Notes: generated from the letters alone by a model not told the origin. Positions 45,824-59,748 are shown, counted from the stretch's first letter. The stretch: DNA of 64,000 nt from Phaeosaccion multiseriatum (GCA_965112735.1 OZ218959.1:2356001-2420000), one strand, 5' to 3'. A program made the numbers and translations.

Positions 45824-48362
45824 CCCCTCTTTTCCGCCACGAGCCGAAGGGTAACATCTTCCTCCTCATCCGAGACAGAGAGTTCTACACTAAAAGGAAG
45901 GGGGCAGCAGCCGCCGCCGCGCAGCAGGTGCGTGTTGTAACACCCATCCACCCACCCACCCACTCCTTCACTCGCTCACTCGCTCACTCGCTCACTCACT
46001 CCCTTCCTTCCTCCCTTCTCCACCCATCCCCCACATACCCACCCACCAACCCACCCACCAACCCACCCATGAACCCACCCACCAACCCATCCACCCACAC
46101 AGCCCCCAGGCGGCCCCGGCGGCCCGAGCATCCCGATGGTGATCCGCGAGATCAATCACTTGTACCTCGCCGGCCAGATAGAGCCGCACAAGCAGGTCTT
46201 CGTGCCGGGGGCCAGCAACACGCTGGCTCTGCAGGTGGGTTGTGTGTGTGTGTGTGTGCGCGTGTGTGTGTGTGTGTGCGTGTGTGTGGTGTGTGTGTGG
46301 GTGGGTAGGTGAGTGGGTACGTGGATGCGGATGCATGGGTGTGCTCATTTCTCTCCTCCTCCTCCTCCTCCTCCTCACCACCACACCACCACCACCCTTC
46401 ACAAATGGCGACTATCAGGACACTCTGGCGGTGTTCCACCTCGCGCGTCTCCTCGACAACAACGAGCAAGGCATTTCGCAGAACAAAGTGCATGATGCGC
46501 TAAAGAGCACAGGGTTGGACTCCGGCCTCATCAATAGGAAGGTGAGGGGGTTGGTGATACAGAGGGGGAGGGAGGCATGGGAGGAAGGGAGGAGAGGAGG
46601 GGAGAGATAGGAGGGAAGAGGAGGGGTCTCAACAGTCTGGCGACTGACCTCCTGTGCTTTACCTCCTCTCACTCCCTGCCACCGTCTCTATTTCTCTCTC
46701 TTCTCTCTCTCTCTCTCTCTCTGGACCTTCGTCCCCCAACAGCTGGCCGAATTCGCTCGCCCCTTAGACACCCAGCAGTCCGGCGGCAGGAGCGCTATGA
46801 ACATGTACCGGCGTTGGGTGTCCAAGCCAGGTGTGATTCCGGCGGAGCTCGCTCGACGGGCCGCCCAGGACATGAGCACAGAGGACGTGTGTGCTTACGA
46901 GAGCATGAATGCAGCCCTGACCTATCTCAGGTGAGCGGGGAGGGGAGGGGAGGAGAGGGGAGGGGAGGGGAGAGGAGAGAGTGAGTGAATGAGACAGAGT
47001 GAGTGAGTGAGTGAGTGAGTGAGTGAGTGAGTGAGTGAGTGAGTGAGTGAGCGAGTGAGTGAGTGAGCGAGTGAGTGAGTGGGTGAGTGAGTGAGTGAGT
47101 GAGTGAGCGAGTGAGTGAGCGAGTGAGTGAGTGAGTAAGTGAGTGAGTGAGTGAGTAGCTGGGTCAGTGCCAAGGAGTGGCGTGTGTGTCCTCTGTCCTC
47201 TCTCAGTCTCTCCCCTGCTCTCCTCCTCTCTTTCCTCTCCTCCTGACGCCCGCTCTCTCTCTCTTCCTACACACGGCACACAACGCCACCCATCCACTGC
47301 CATCTGTCCTCGCCTCCCCTACCCCCCCCCGACAGACAAATCGGGGTGTTTCACTTGCGCTCTGCAGACGTCAGCATGAAGCTCCTCCTGAAGCTGCAGA
47401 GGAGGAGATCTGTGTGGGAGGACTGGGTCAAGGAGCTCAAGAGGTACGTCATACGTACGTCATACGTCGAGTGCCGCGTATGCCCCTATGCCCATGTGCC
47501 TGCCCCTGCATGCAATGCCTCCCTGCGTCTTGTCTACCCATATGCCTGTCTGTCTGTCTGTCTGTCTGTCGGTCTGTCTGCCTGCCTCTCCCAACCCAGT
47601 TTGTCTGCCGGCCTGCCGACCACCCCGACCACCCCTACCTCCATGCCCATATGCCTGCCTGTATGTTTTGCCTTCCCCTGCCTCACACGCCTAGCTTCTT
47701 CATGTCTGCCTTCCTCCCTGCCCCTTCTACATTGCAACTGAACTGCCCTGCCCTGTATCACCAACTGCCCTACCTCCTCTTGCTCACTGCAGCAAGGTGA
47801 AGGAGGCGCTCCCCAGCCCGACCCTGTCTGGCGCCAAAGGGGCTGCTCAGCTCAAGGAGAAGCTTGCCCTGGCGCCGAGGAGGGTCCGATCGATGGACAC
47901 ACTCCGACAATACATGGAGAAGGCCCTCAATGAGCTCACCAGAGTCAGGGTGAGTGACGATGTGTGGGGAGGCTTTTTATTGACTTAATTGGAATCACCT
48001 AAGAAACAGAGAACTGTGTGTGTCTCTGTGTGCCGATGGTGGGGTAGCAGTGTGACTCCGGCCAGTGTACATCTCTCCCCCCTTCCCTCTTCCCTTTGGC
48101 CTCTCCCCTCTCCCCCCCCCCTCTGCCCTCTTGGCCCGTGATCTCTGAGCTGTGACTTCAAATATCTGCCATCTGTCCTCCCTCTGTTGCCATCTGGTCT
48201 CTTCTGCCATCTGCCCTCTGTTGCCATCTGCCCTCCCTCTGCTGCCATCTGGCTCATCCTCAGGATATCGCTGCCTACATCCACACGGAGCTCGAGTGGA
48301 CCCCATGGTTCACCACCTCCAGCTATGTTCAGGCCGTCATCAAGGGGCACGGATCAGGTGGG

Positions 48363-48393
<31 letters not shown>

Positions 48394-48973
48394 GTAGAGA
48401 GGGGTATATAGAGACAGAGGCAGAGAGAGAGAGAGAGAGAGGAACAGAGACACTCAGCTCGTGTGATTCGTCTTTTTTTCGTTCTTCTTCTCACGTAAGA
48501 TTCCATACCTTTCTTTCTCCACTGCCCAAAACACCCGTACACTGCTACCACCCCCTCCGCTCCCCCTCATCCCATCCACTGCCATCCCACCCCATCCCCT
48601 CCCCTCCCCCTCATCCCATCCACTGCCATCCCACCCCATCCCCTCCCCTCCCCCTCATCCCATCCACTGCCATCCCATCCCACCCCCTCCCCTCCCCCTC
48701 ATCCCATCCACTGCCATCCCACCCCATCCCCTCCCCTCCCCCTCATCCCATCCACTGCCATCCCCTCCCCCTCCCCCTCCCCCAGGCATGATGGCGGTAA
48801 AGTCCGGGCGCTGCGACCCTTCAGGCTGCGGAGAGGCCATGTCTTTCGCCCCTGTGCCCGATCACCCGCCGACTACACGGGGAAAGAAGAAGGGGAGATT
48901 GGAGAGCGCCATCTTGGTGAGTTTATGAGTTCGTTTAGTTCGTTAACTTAGGGGTAGTATCGGTGGTTGGTTG

Positions 48974-49030
<57 letters not shown>

Positions 49031-50862
49031 CCCACCTATCTGCCACTGCTGCTGCTGCTGCTGCTGCTACTACTGCTGCTGCTTCTACTCATACTGCTGC
49101 TGCTACCTCACTCTGAACGCGACTGAAGGCCCTTTTCCCCTTCCTCCCTTCCTGCTGTGGTTGATCGCCCCCCTCTTCCCCTCCGTCTCTCTCCCCATCC
49201 ACGACCGACCCCCCCCTCCCCCCCCCCTACACACACATGCGCACAGGACAAGGTAGCACAGACGACTGGCGACTTGCGGCGGCTGACCATGTCTCAGCTG
49301 GAGGAGCAACTGCTCAAGCTGGGCATGACCAAGGAGGTGGTGCGCAAGCTCAGGCGGTGGGACAGGTCAGTAGGGGGAGGGAGGGAAGGAGGGAGGGAAG
49401 GAGGGAGGAAGGGAGGGAGGGAGGGAGGGACGGAGGGAGGGAGGGGCACAACGTGATACGCTTACTGCCTATATGAATGTGATTGAGGTTTGGGTCTGGT
49501 CTGTCAAGTGCCATCTGCTGCCAATCTGATGCTCAATCATCATCACCACCACCCCTCCCTGCCTCCCTACCTCCCTCTCTCTCTCCATCCTCTACCTCCC
49601 TCCCTCCACCCCCCCCCCCCTCCCTTCCACCCCGCCCCCCCCCTCCCCCTCCCCTTTCCTCCCCCTTCCCGCACCATAACGCTTCATTAGAGTGCGTATG
49701 ATTACCAAGCTGTCCAACGTTGTCGTCGCCGGAGGGGCCGAAGACGCCAAAGACTTCGAGCACTTTACACGCAAACTGCGCAGAAACAAGCAGACCGAGA
49801 AGAAATTCTATCAGGAGGAGGTTGAACACATCTTCCGGGCGCAGGTGGGTAGGTTTGTGGGTGGGTGGGTGGGTGGGTGGGTGGGTGTAGTAAGTCAATG
49901 GGTGGGTGGGTGTGGGTGTGGGCGTTGGTGTGGATGTGAAGGTGGGTGTATTTCTTTTTGGTGTATGTGTCTGTCTGTGTGTTTGTTTGCCCATTCCTTT
50001 TTACCCACAAGCTCTGTGTCTCTCTCTGTGTGTGCGTGCGTATGTATGCTCCCCACTTGTTCACAGATGGCGGCTCTGAGTGTGAGCTGGGATGATGCCA
50101 AGAGCTATGGCTCTGCCTCGGCCAAAGCGGCCAAAAAGGGTGAGAAAAGATGAGGGAGACGGAGGGCGGGAGAGAGAGGGGGGGGGGAGGAGAAGAGGTG
50201 AGGAGAAGAGGGGGGGTAGAGAGAGAGAGAGAGAGAGAGAAAGAGGACAGAGGAGGACAGAGAGGGGCAGTCGCAAATGTCTCCCTCACCTCCCTCCTTT
50301 GTGCTGATCCACCTTCAATCCACCTTCACCTACGCCGCGCTGGCCTTCTGTAACCGCCGCCGGTCTGTCAAGGCCAAGGAGGGGAGAGGGACAAGAACAA
50401 CAGCAGCAGCACCAAGGGGGCGGATGGTCCCGGGGGGGCTGGGGTGAGGGCTGGAACTGGAGGCACTGGGGCCAGCCCGCTTGGGGGGGGGGCGGGAGGA
50501 GGACCCAACAAGGAGGGGCAGGGGGCACTCAACAAGGTGGGGCAGAGGGGGGCACAGGCCATGGGACCCCCTGCAGCAGTGGGAGCGGCGGCGGCGGGCC
50601 GGCCGAAAGAGGTGGAGGAGGAGGACGAGGATGACGACGACGACGACGATGATGTGAGTGTCAGTTTCAATTGTGGGGTGGGAGTCTGACTTTAAGGTTG
50701 GGTGTTGGTGTGATGGATATGCCCTTGGCCGTTGAGGTGAGGGATGTGTGCTCGTACCCGCCCTTCTCCTGCCCTTCGAACAACAGAGACAGCTCGCTCG
50801 CATCTCACCCTGTATATATGATATATGTATGTATATATAAATATATGTGTATATATAATATG

Positions 50863-50893
<31 letters not shown>

Positions 50894-52713
50894 ATATGTG
50901 CTGTGTGCCGTCCCCCCCCCCCCCACGAATAGGATCTCCTCGGTGACTTGGAGAACGACGACGACGAGCCCGCAGGGTGAGTGACAAAAACGGTTTCAGT
51001 TTCAGTTTTTATTCTTGGAGGTTCATACCCCTTAGTGATATCGGGACTTTCGGGTTCGATATTGCGGATCGATATTGGATCATGGGATCGATATTGGTGA
51101 AGGTCGAATGAACTGAACTGAACTGAACTGAGCCCCTTAGTGAGTAAAGCACAATTCACACTTTCCCTATAATCACGGTCCCCTCACTCACCCGTCTCTC
51201 CGTCTCCTTCTCTCTCCGTCCTACTCTCTGCTCTCTCGCTCCTCTCCCCTCCCCTCCCCTCCCCTCCCCCCTCCCTCCCTCCCCTCCCTCCCTCCCCACA
51301 GGAGTATCCGAGACATTGTGTCGATGCAACAAGTCACCAAGGAGAGCGCCACAGACCGCGAGGACGAGGCCGCTATGAAGGCCTTTGAGAGAGACATGAG
51401 ACGCGAGAACGCTATGGAGGGGGGCGGCAAGGGAGCAAGGGTGAGGACGCACAGGGAGGAACAGGGAGGAGGAGGGGGGGGGGGGGGGGATGGAGAGGGG
51501 GGAGGAAGAGGGAGAGGATAAGGAGTAGGAGTAGTAGTAGTAGCAGGAGGAGGAGGAGGAGGAGGAGGAGGAGGAGGAGGAGGAGGAGGAGGAGGAGGAG
51601 GAGGAGGAAGAGGGGGTGGAGGGGGTGGAGGGAGGGGCTGGGTGATGGAGGAGCGGGGGGGGGCGAGGAGAAAGAGGAGTGGGGCAGAGTGAGACTTCGT
51701 TCAAATCGATCAGAAGTGGGACTGGAGTGCAGTCCGTTTTCCCTCCATTCCTTCCCTTCCTCCCTCCCCCCGCTCCCCCCCCCCCCGTCCTTTCTCACGG
51801 CCGATCACCCTCATCGTACGCATGTGTCGACGACTGTCGCAGAAGCAAGAGGAGGACTGGCAGGCCAAAGAGGTGGGAGATGGTAACACCGTTCTCGCCA
51901 CCCTAGAGGCCAACGGGAACATGGACCGCATACCGACAAAGTGAGTTCTTTTTTTGATCTCTCCCTCCCTCTCTCTCTCTCTCTCTCTGTGTCTCTCTCT
52001 GTGTGTGTCTCTCTCTCTGTGTGTCTCTGTCTCGATCTTAATCTGTCTCGCTGTCTCTATCTTAATCTCTCTCTCTCTCTCTGTGTGTGTGCGTCTGTCT
52101 GTCTCTCTCTCTCTGTGTGCCCCTGCGCGCTCTCTCTAATCGTTGTGCGTTTGTTCGTTTCCTTTCCCTCCCTCCCTCCCTCCCCCCCTCCCTCCCTCCC
52201 CCCCTCCCTCCCTCCCTGCCCCCTACACCCCCCCCCCCGCTCTAAAACAGAGTGGTGAAGCGCATCACTCGCACCCTCCGAGCGGATGGAGCCGAAGTCA
52301 TCAAAGTCCAGTTCTTGCTTGCCCAGAGCGATGTGTCGAGGGTGACAAGAGAGACCAAGTCGGCACAGGCCATGGGAGAGGACGAGCAGAAGGCCCCTTG
52401 CTCTTTCTTCTTTCCGGTAAGTCAAGGACAGGACGAAGGGGGGGGGGTGAGGGGGGACAGAGGTCTGTGGAATGAGTGGAGAGAGAGAGAGAGGAGAGGC
52501 CGTGATGGAAAGGTCTGAGGACCTGACGGAATGAATGGACCTGACGGAATGAATGGACCTGACGGAATGAATGGTCAGAGGCCGTTTTGTCTGGTCCTGA
52601 CACTTGTGCGTGATGTCAACCTCCCCGCCTCTTGTGCCCGTGCGACAAACCACACACGACCATCATACAACCAACGAACAACACAAACACGCACGCACGC
52701 ACCCACACACACA

Positions 52714-52804
<91 letters not shown>

Positions 52805-53490
52805 ATGCACTGAACGGCGACCCGCAGCTGGTCAGCGAGGGGCAGGGGCGAGACGGTTATGGAGGAGGGGGAGGGGATGACGACAGGAAGGGAGGAGAGG
52901 GCAAGGTCAGCATAAACCTCACGGCGTTACAGAACAAAGTGGCCGCAAATAAGGAGCGCAAGAAGCGCAAGAGGGAGGAGGATCAGAAGGGCGCGGCAGA
53001 TGCTTATAAGGTACGTGGGTTGGTGATACACGGTTACGGAGCGTACACTCCCACCCTGTGACTCTGCTCTGCTTCGCTCCCTTCCCTTTCGTTCCCTTCC
53101 CTTTCGTTTCCTTTCCTTTCTTACGTATGAGTGCACACACATATCTCCCTTCCTCTCTCCCTCTCTTAACCCTCCTTCTCCCCCCCGCTCTCTCTCTCGT
53201 TCTCGCTCCCTCCCTCCCTCACTCACTCACTCACTCCCTCTTGTTGCTAACACTTGTCGCCGAACCTTACCCTTACTTCGTATACACACACAGCTCCCTC
53301 GCAAGAACTCTCGTGGTCGTGGCGGGGGGCGGGGCACGAAGCCTCACATGCGCTTCTCAGCGGCTCTGAAGGAGATCATCGCCGGCCTTGTTGCTTCGAG
53401 AGAGGCCGATGCGTTCCGCGCCAAGGTGGGCTTACCTACTTGCCTGCCTGCATATCTGCCTGCATATCTGCCTGCATATCTGCCTGTCTA

Positions 53491-53542
<52 letters not shown>

Positions 53543-53590
53543 CCAGTCTGCCTGCCTACTTGCCTGCCTGTCTGTCTGTCTGCCTACCTA

Positions 53591-53670
<80 letters not shown>

Positions 53671-55458
53671 CCAGTCTGCCTGCCTACTTGCCTGCCTGTC
53701 TGTCTGCCTACCTACCTGCCTGCCGGCTGGCCTGCCTGCCTGCCTGCCTACCTGCGTACCATCCCTGCTCTCTGAGCTCCCCTGCTTCTCTCACCCTCTC
53801 ACCCACCAACCCCACCCACCCCAACTCACAGGTGGACGCTCGGATGTTTCCGAAGTACCAACTGGCGGTGTCAACTCCCATCGACCTGTCGGTGATGGCC
53901 GACAAGGCGGGGAGCTTCCGCTACTCGTCCCCACAGGGCTTGCTTGATGATTTGCAGCTCATGCGAGACAACGCCAAGGTGGGTTAGGTTATGTGTATTG
54001 TATGTCAATGAGTGTTTTCAAAATTTTAGTTTCAGTTGATGTGACCTTTTTTATTTCAAATTCGAACTCGAACGAAAATGGGATGCAACATGCAACATGT
54101 CGAAGCTGCAGTGCTTACCAAGGAGCAGCGTCTGAAGACTCAGGATGAAGGGACGGGTGCATGGGTAGTCTCTCTCTCTCTCTCTCTCTCTTTCCTCCTT
54201 TTGTTGATGTCTGTGTAACACTCGATTTGCGTAAGAATCGCCCAAATCGCCCGTTTTTTGGGGGTCGGGCGGCAAGGGGGAGTGCTCTTGCAGAAATACC
54301 GACAAGTAGGAAAGGGGAAAAAGCGATGAAAGCCGGAAGACCATGGATCGATAGGCATCTCAAAGAGCTACACGAAGGAGTATAGTGCTTCTCCCAGCGT
54401 CATTTTGCGGAGTTGGTGCAAAAAAATTATTGGGGGCGATTTGGGCGATTCTTACGCAAATCGAGTGGTAAAAATCCCCCCCCCCCCCCCCTCCCTCCAA
54501 CGTCTGTCCTCTTGTCCCCCCTCCCCTGCGTGGTTTCGGCACGCACACACCCACACACACCCACACACACACCCACCCACCCACACACACACCCACACAG
54601 GCCTTCAATGGCGAGAATAACATCGTCACCAAAAACGCAGACACGCTTTACCAACGCGCAGAGGCCGAGCTCAAGAATCGGCAGGCCGAACTGCAGGAGC
54701 TCCAGACCAAGATGGAGGAGGACAAGGCAGCAGGAGGGGGGGCGGCAGGGAGCAGAGGCGGGGGCAGCGGGACCAAGGCCAAGGGAAAGAGAGGAGGAGG
54801 AGCAGGAGGAGGAGGACTCGGTCGGCCGCGATCGGCACCGGGTACAGCGAAGCGAAAGCAGTCAGTGGCAGTGGGGGCGGGCAGGATGAAGGCCAAGGCT
54901 GGAGGGGTAGGAGGAGCAGCGGTGGGAGGGGCGTCGGGGGCCGTGGCGGCGCTCGCAGCGGCCGGACGAGGAGGAGGAGGAGGGGGAGGAGGAGGAGGAG
55001 GACCGGCGCAAGGAGCGAGGATGATGTCATCTCCTCCTCCTCCCTCCACCATGGGGGGGCCAGGTGCGGATGCAGGGACAGGTGGGACGGGTGCGGGTGC
55101 TGGCTCGTCTCATCGTCCTGTCGTGACGACGGTTGCAGGAGCTGCTGCCGTTGCCGCGGCCGCTGCTGCGACAGCCGCGGCCAGCCTTGGCGGTGCTGGA
55201 GGCGGCGTGGTGGGTGGTGGCACAGGGGGCCCGTCTGACTCGGCGGCTGCTACTACTGCGGCTGCGGCGGCTGCGGCTGGTGCTGCTGCGGCGGCGGCTG
55301 CGGCTGGAGTGGCTGCGAGGGCGACGCTCCAGCAGCAGTCCCAGCAGGCCTCGCTGACGTCACTGCCCGCTAGGGTGGCGCTGCAGCAGGGGGGGGACAC
55401 GAGCAGCGACAGCAGCGGCGAGGAGGAGCAGCTGGATGGGGGAAGCGCCACTATCTAA
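41960..55458 (+). CDS. TAF1: Transcription initiation factor TFIID subunit 1, about 24 exons, single C-terminal bromodomain
   Basis: [12 protein letters not shown]; EFHRPRL; [25 protein letters not shown]; LFRAPLFRH; [15 protein letters not shown]; LEWTPW; [11 protein letters not shown]; DLRRLTM...LRRWDR; [14 protein letters not shown]; bromodomain PIDLSVM...LMRDNAKAFNG. Confidence 0.92.
45411..45457 (+). mobile_element. 47-bp dispersed element with apparent 12-bp target-site duplication (AGGGACGGGGGA)
   Basis: Direct repeat at 45399-45410 and 45458-45469; near-identical copies at 17174-17220 and 47971-48020. Confidence 0.8.
47971..48020 (+). mobile_element. Third copy of the 47-bp element in a TAF1 intron
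   Basis: TTTATTGACTTAATTGGAATCACCTAAGAAAC followed by TGTGTG. Confidence 0.75.
48568..48782. repeat. Intronic minisatellite, ~39-bp unit containing CCATCCACTGCCATC
   Basis: About five imperfect copies. Confidence 0.85.
51039..51132 (+). mobile_element. Short retroposed insert with (AACTG)n tail and 11-bp TSD CCCCTTAGTGA
   Basis: TSD copies at 51028-51038 and 51133-51143. The insert is nested in a (TTTCAG)n-ended sequence starting at ~50993. Confidence 0.65.
53440..53755. repeat. (TGCC)n intronic microsatellite
   Basis: Direct reading. Confidence 0.95.
54218..54468. mobile_element. MITE, 251 bp, 34-bp TIR (CACTCGATTTGCGTAAGAATCGCCCAAATCGCCC), flanked by TA
   Basis: Perfect inverted match of 54219-54252 with 54434-54467; TA at 54216-54217 and 54469-54470; located in the last TAF1 intron. 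Confidence 0.85.
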
Positions 55459-56469
55459 CTAGCGAGGGGGAGCAGCTGGATGGGGGCAGCGCCACTTATC
55501 TAACTAATGCATGAATATTTGTTGACATGAATTTAACTATACTCGACAAGGGCACACCAAATTCAAATTTACATTCCTCTTCCCCTCTCTTCCCTTGTTC
55601 TTTTATGTACTGGCATCAACATCAGCAGCTGCACTTTCACTATCCAGCCTTGTCCACAGACCACAGCAGGGCAGCGGCATCTCTGCCGCCCCACCGGGGC
55701 CACACCGATATGTGTTGTCCCGTCACCGTATTTGTCCGGATGGTCCCGTCGCTGGGCCTTGATGTTTCGCCAGGGCAGATATATACAAGATCAAAAAGTC
55801 CTCTCTCCCTGGATGGGATCAAAGCGTGGGGTAGTTAGCCCTGGGGGGAACCCTACCTGATCTTGTGTTGTCGAGTGTGTTGTTTGTTTTTGTTTGGGAG
55901 AGGGAAACGTTCACAACACAAATACAAAAAACCACAGGCATACGGGCAGGGAATCCCCCGGGGTGGGATGAATTTGACTTGCCCCTGCCCTTGAAAAACT
56001 AGTTTGCGACATAAAAACAGAGGCCGCCATAGCCTCTTCTCTCTCGCCACAAGAGGAAGCAGAGTGCAAGGAGGATACAGGGTGAGGAGTCAGGCTGAGG
56101 GGGGCGTGGTTCATTGTGGTGGTGCAGGTTGCTGAGGTTCAGACGAGCACTAGAAGGGAGGAAAGTTTTTCACGGGGGTTGGGGACGGTGAACGAGGGCA
56201 AGGGAATAACGGGAGGAGACTGGAGGGGAAGGAGACGGCAACCAGTGCAACTAAAGGGGGTCTGAGAAGGCTTGCTTCAGTAGGCTCACGTTGCTGTAGG
56301 TGGACGGAGGTAACTTGGCTGTAGGGACAAGAGAGGACACTCAGCAACTGCTCTGCCATTTTGATTTTGAACACCAAAGAGAAGTTTGGAAGGTGTTTTC
56401 CCAAGCTCCAGCGCGGCATAGCGATAGGAACCACAGCGCTAGAATAGGGAGGACGGCAAGCAGACGGGA

Positions 56470-56622
56470 ATGATGTTTGAGATGAGCGCAGCGGAGTCAG
56501 GCCGGCCCTTGCCAGAGCAGAGTTTGAATCAGGGCAATTTGAAACGAGCGAATAGCAGTACTTGTGGTGCGAGGGGGAATAGAATGGTGGCCCTGGCGAG
56601 CTTTAACACAGCAGCACAGGAA

Positions 56623-56656
<34 letters not shown>

Positions 56657-58461
56657 TCAGCGAGTGTCCTCAACATGGCAGCGATAGAGTGGCCAGAGTC
56701 AGCCGACCTTCGTCTCCCCAGCAGCTGAGGAGGCTCAAAAAGAGGGTGAGGGCCGTGGGGCCTTCGCCTGCTCCGCCAACCAAGCGACCCACGGTGACTC
56801 CTGATCAAGAGGCAGTGGCACTGAGGGCAGCGGCGGAGGCAGCATCCGCAGCAGCGGCGGAAGTAGTAGTAGCAGCAGCAGCGGTAGCTTTGGCAGGGAG
56901 CTCGAAGGGGGTACCGGCGGCAGGTGCAGCAGGTGCAGCAGCGGCGGCGCGGGGGGGGGGAGGAGATGGCAGTGCAAATAGGAGCGTCAGGGTCGCTGGC
57001 GAGGGGGCATCGGACGATGCCGCCGCCGCTGGAGGTGGTGCGGGGGCAGGGGGGGGCGTCGGCTTCAAGGGCAAGATTGGTGGCAAGGGGGGCAAGGGTG
57101 CCAAGGAAGGGGTGATGCGGAGAAAGGAAGCCGGAGGAGGAGGCCGGGGAGCGCGGCGCAATCCCCTCGTGACGGACATTGACGCCGAGGGCAGGGAGAA
57201 TAACTCGGCCTTCACCGAATACGTGAGCGAATACAACGCCTTTCGCCTTCGCCAGGAGAAGGACCCTCAGCTCCGCGCCTCCCCCGCCGCCATCGACGCC
57301 GCCCAAGAGGCCTTCATCCCTGAAGACCGAGAGGTGCTGGTGGACTGGATGTGCTGCTCGAGCGCCGTCAGCCCCGTCACTGTCGGTTTGGGTGTCTCCC
57401 TGATGGACCGGGCGCTGGCCAAGATTCCCATTCGGTCTCGCACCGCCGCCGAGTCCCTTGCCGCCTCCTGCCTCGTCGTGGCCGCCAAGATGGAGGAGAT
57501 CGACGTGCCAACCCTGTCGGGGGTGAGTCGCGAGATCAACGACAGGGACATTCTTCACATGGAAGCCGCGGTGTGCTCCGTCCTGGGCTTCCGATTGCAC
57601 TCCCCTCACCTCTACACCTTCCTGCCTCGCTGGATGCAAGCGGCGGGGGTGGAGAGCGGGTCCAAGGAGGACCATTTGTGTCACTACTTGGGCGACCTCG
57701 CTCTCGCCGACCTCGCTGTCCAACGCTTCGCCCCAAGCCACTTGGCTGCGGGTGTGGTGAGCCTTGCCCGACAGGTGCTTGGCAAGCCTGCATGGAGCCC
57801 CACCCTGGCACATTACTCAGGGAGGCAGGCGGAGGAGGTGGCTGTGGTGGTAGTACATCTGGGCATGTTGCATCAGGCGGCGGAAGGGTCGGAGAACCTC
57901 TCTGGTTTGTGGAAGAAGTACAGTCACAAGAGCAGACGGCAAGTGGCGTGGGCAACGTGTCTCCCTCAGCACAAGCTCGAGAGGGTGTTGGCAAGCGAGC
58001 AGCTGCGCTCGTCCGCCAGGAACAAATCCGTTGAGTCCTCCAGGCCGGCATCACTCACCACCACGACCACCACCACGACCACCACCACGTCCATGACCGT
58101 CGCTGTGGATTCCGTGGTCGCTGCCGGCCATCTTGCTGCTGCTGCTGCTGCTACTGGTGGTGGTGGTGGTGGTGGTGGTGGTGCTGCTGCTGCTGCTGCT
58201 GCTGCTGCCGCGCCTCGTGCTATCGGGGCTGTGCCACCAACTGCTTCTGGTGCTGCTACTGGTGCGCCAGCTTCTGCTGTTGCTGCTACGGGGCCTCCAC
58301 CATCAAGGTCTGGAGTCGCCGCCTCGGCCTCGTCCGCCATCGGGGTGCAGGCAGCGCTACGGCGGAAGCTTGACTTCGCAGGCAGCAGCAGCGGCGATAC
58401 CAGCAGCAGCAGGAGCGACACCGAGTCCAGTACAGCTGCAGAAGCAGCACCAGCCAGGTGA
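56470..58461 (+). CDS. Cyclin (A/B-like), intronless
   Basis: TEYVSEY...RQE; cyclin box DREVLVDWM...LGVSLMDRAL...SCLVVAAKMEEI...ILHMEAAVCSVLGFRL..P..YTFL; C-terminal fold CHYLGDLAL...FAPSHLAAG...WSPTLAHYSG...KKYS. Confidence 0.9.
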
Positions 58462-58681
58462 CCGATGCAATTTTGACCTTTACGGAGGGAGTGGAGAGGG
58501 AGGAGGGGGGTGGATACCCCACCATGTAGTGCAGAGGAAGGGGGTGGAGGGGGGGGGTTGGGGAGGGGGGGGGGACAACACACTGGTTAGCATAAAGCAG
58601 CAGCAGCAGCAAAAGAGCAGCAGCAGCAGCAGACGCACCTGTGTTTAGTATACTTCGAAAAAGAGAAAAAGAAGGGGAAAG

Positions 58682-58714
<33 letters not shown>

Positions 58715-59748
58715 GGTTGGGGTTTTTACCTACGACGCGCGAAGCAGAGCGTCTCGCGCCAGAACATTAATTTGGGATCGCCGCAGAGAGACAAGCAGCA
58801 GCAGCAGCAGTAGAGAGCAAGTTGGTGATACAGTAGCAGCAGTAGTAGTAGCAGCAGCAGCAGCCGCCGCCGCAGTAGCAGCAGCAGCAGCAGCGCTCGT
58901 TCGGTCAAGTGTCGTGGGCTGTGGCCTGGATCAAGGGCTGATTTGTCACTCCCGTCCTGTGGCCCTCCACGACTCAAGTTCGATACCGTACATGTCGACT
59001 TGGAAAATGACTGTACTTACTACACACGACTTGCACGCAAATAATACATGCACACCATTGCACAAACAAACAAGGGCAAACAGCCTTTTGTTTCATCGCA
59101 GATACATGGCAGATATAGATATATGAGTAGGTAGATACGAAGGTAGGGAAGGGGGGTGCGTAGGTGAATTGCATTATTTTTGTACAGCACAGGCATATGC
59201 TTTTGGTGCTGCTGTTGCTGCTGCTGGTGGTGATGCTGCCGTTCACTCCATGCGGCGGCAGCTCCGGAGCTCCACAGCATACCTTCCCTCGCCAATGGGC
59301 GGAGAGCGAAGGGGGAAGGGGGAAGGCAACGAAACAGCTCCAAGCCCTGCCCCTCCCCCACCCCTACCCTACGGCAACGTTTCGCGTCATCGCCTCTCGT
59401 GTTGGTCGTTCAGCCCCGCCCCCTTCTCCCCTGCCCGCCAGCTGTGACTCTCGGGCGTCTCCAGTGGAGCACCACCACCGCAAGCAGCACGACGCCACCT
59501 CGCCTCCTCTCCTCCCCTTTGTGCCTGTGTCTCGGACCCTCACGGGAGAGCGGCACGCATCGCCCCCCCCCCCCCCCCCCCCCGGGGGGCGGCGGACTCT
59601 GCAGCTGGGGTGGTACCACGGCACGAGAATTGGCACGGCGTCTCGCCAGGGGCCTCTCCTTAGCTCGCACCTCACCTCACCTCACCTCACGGCGGAAGGA
59701 AGGAAGGAAGGAAGGAAGGAGGACAAAGGCGGTGCCGTGGCGTGCAGT

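Noticed and set aside
50067-50365. Phase conflict at a TAF1 exon junction suggesting a non-canonical donor or frameshift
   Set aside because: Resolved by an alternative GTGAGC donor at 50082 or a one-base homopolymer error; recoding cannot be supported without reads.
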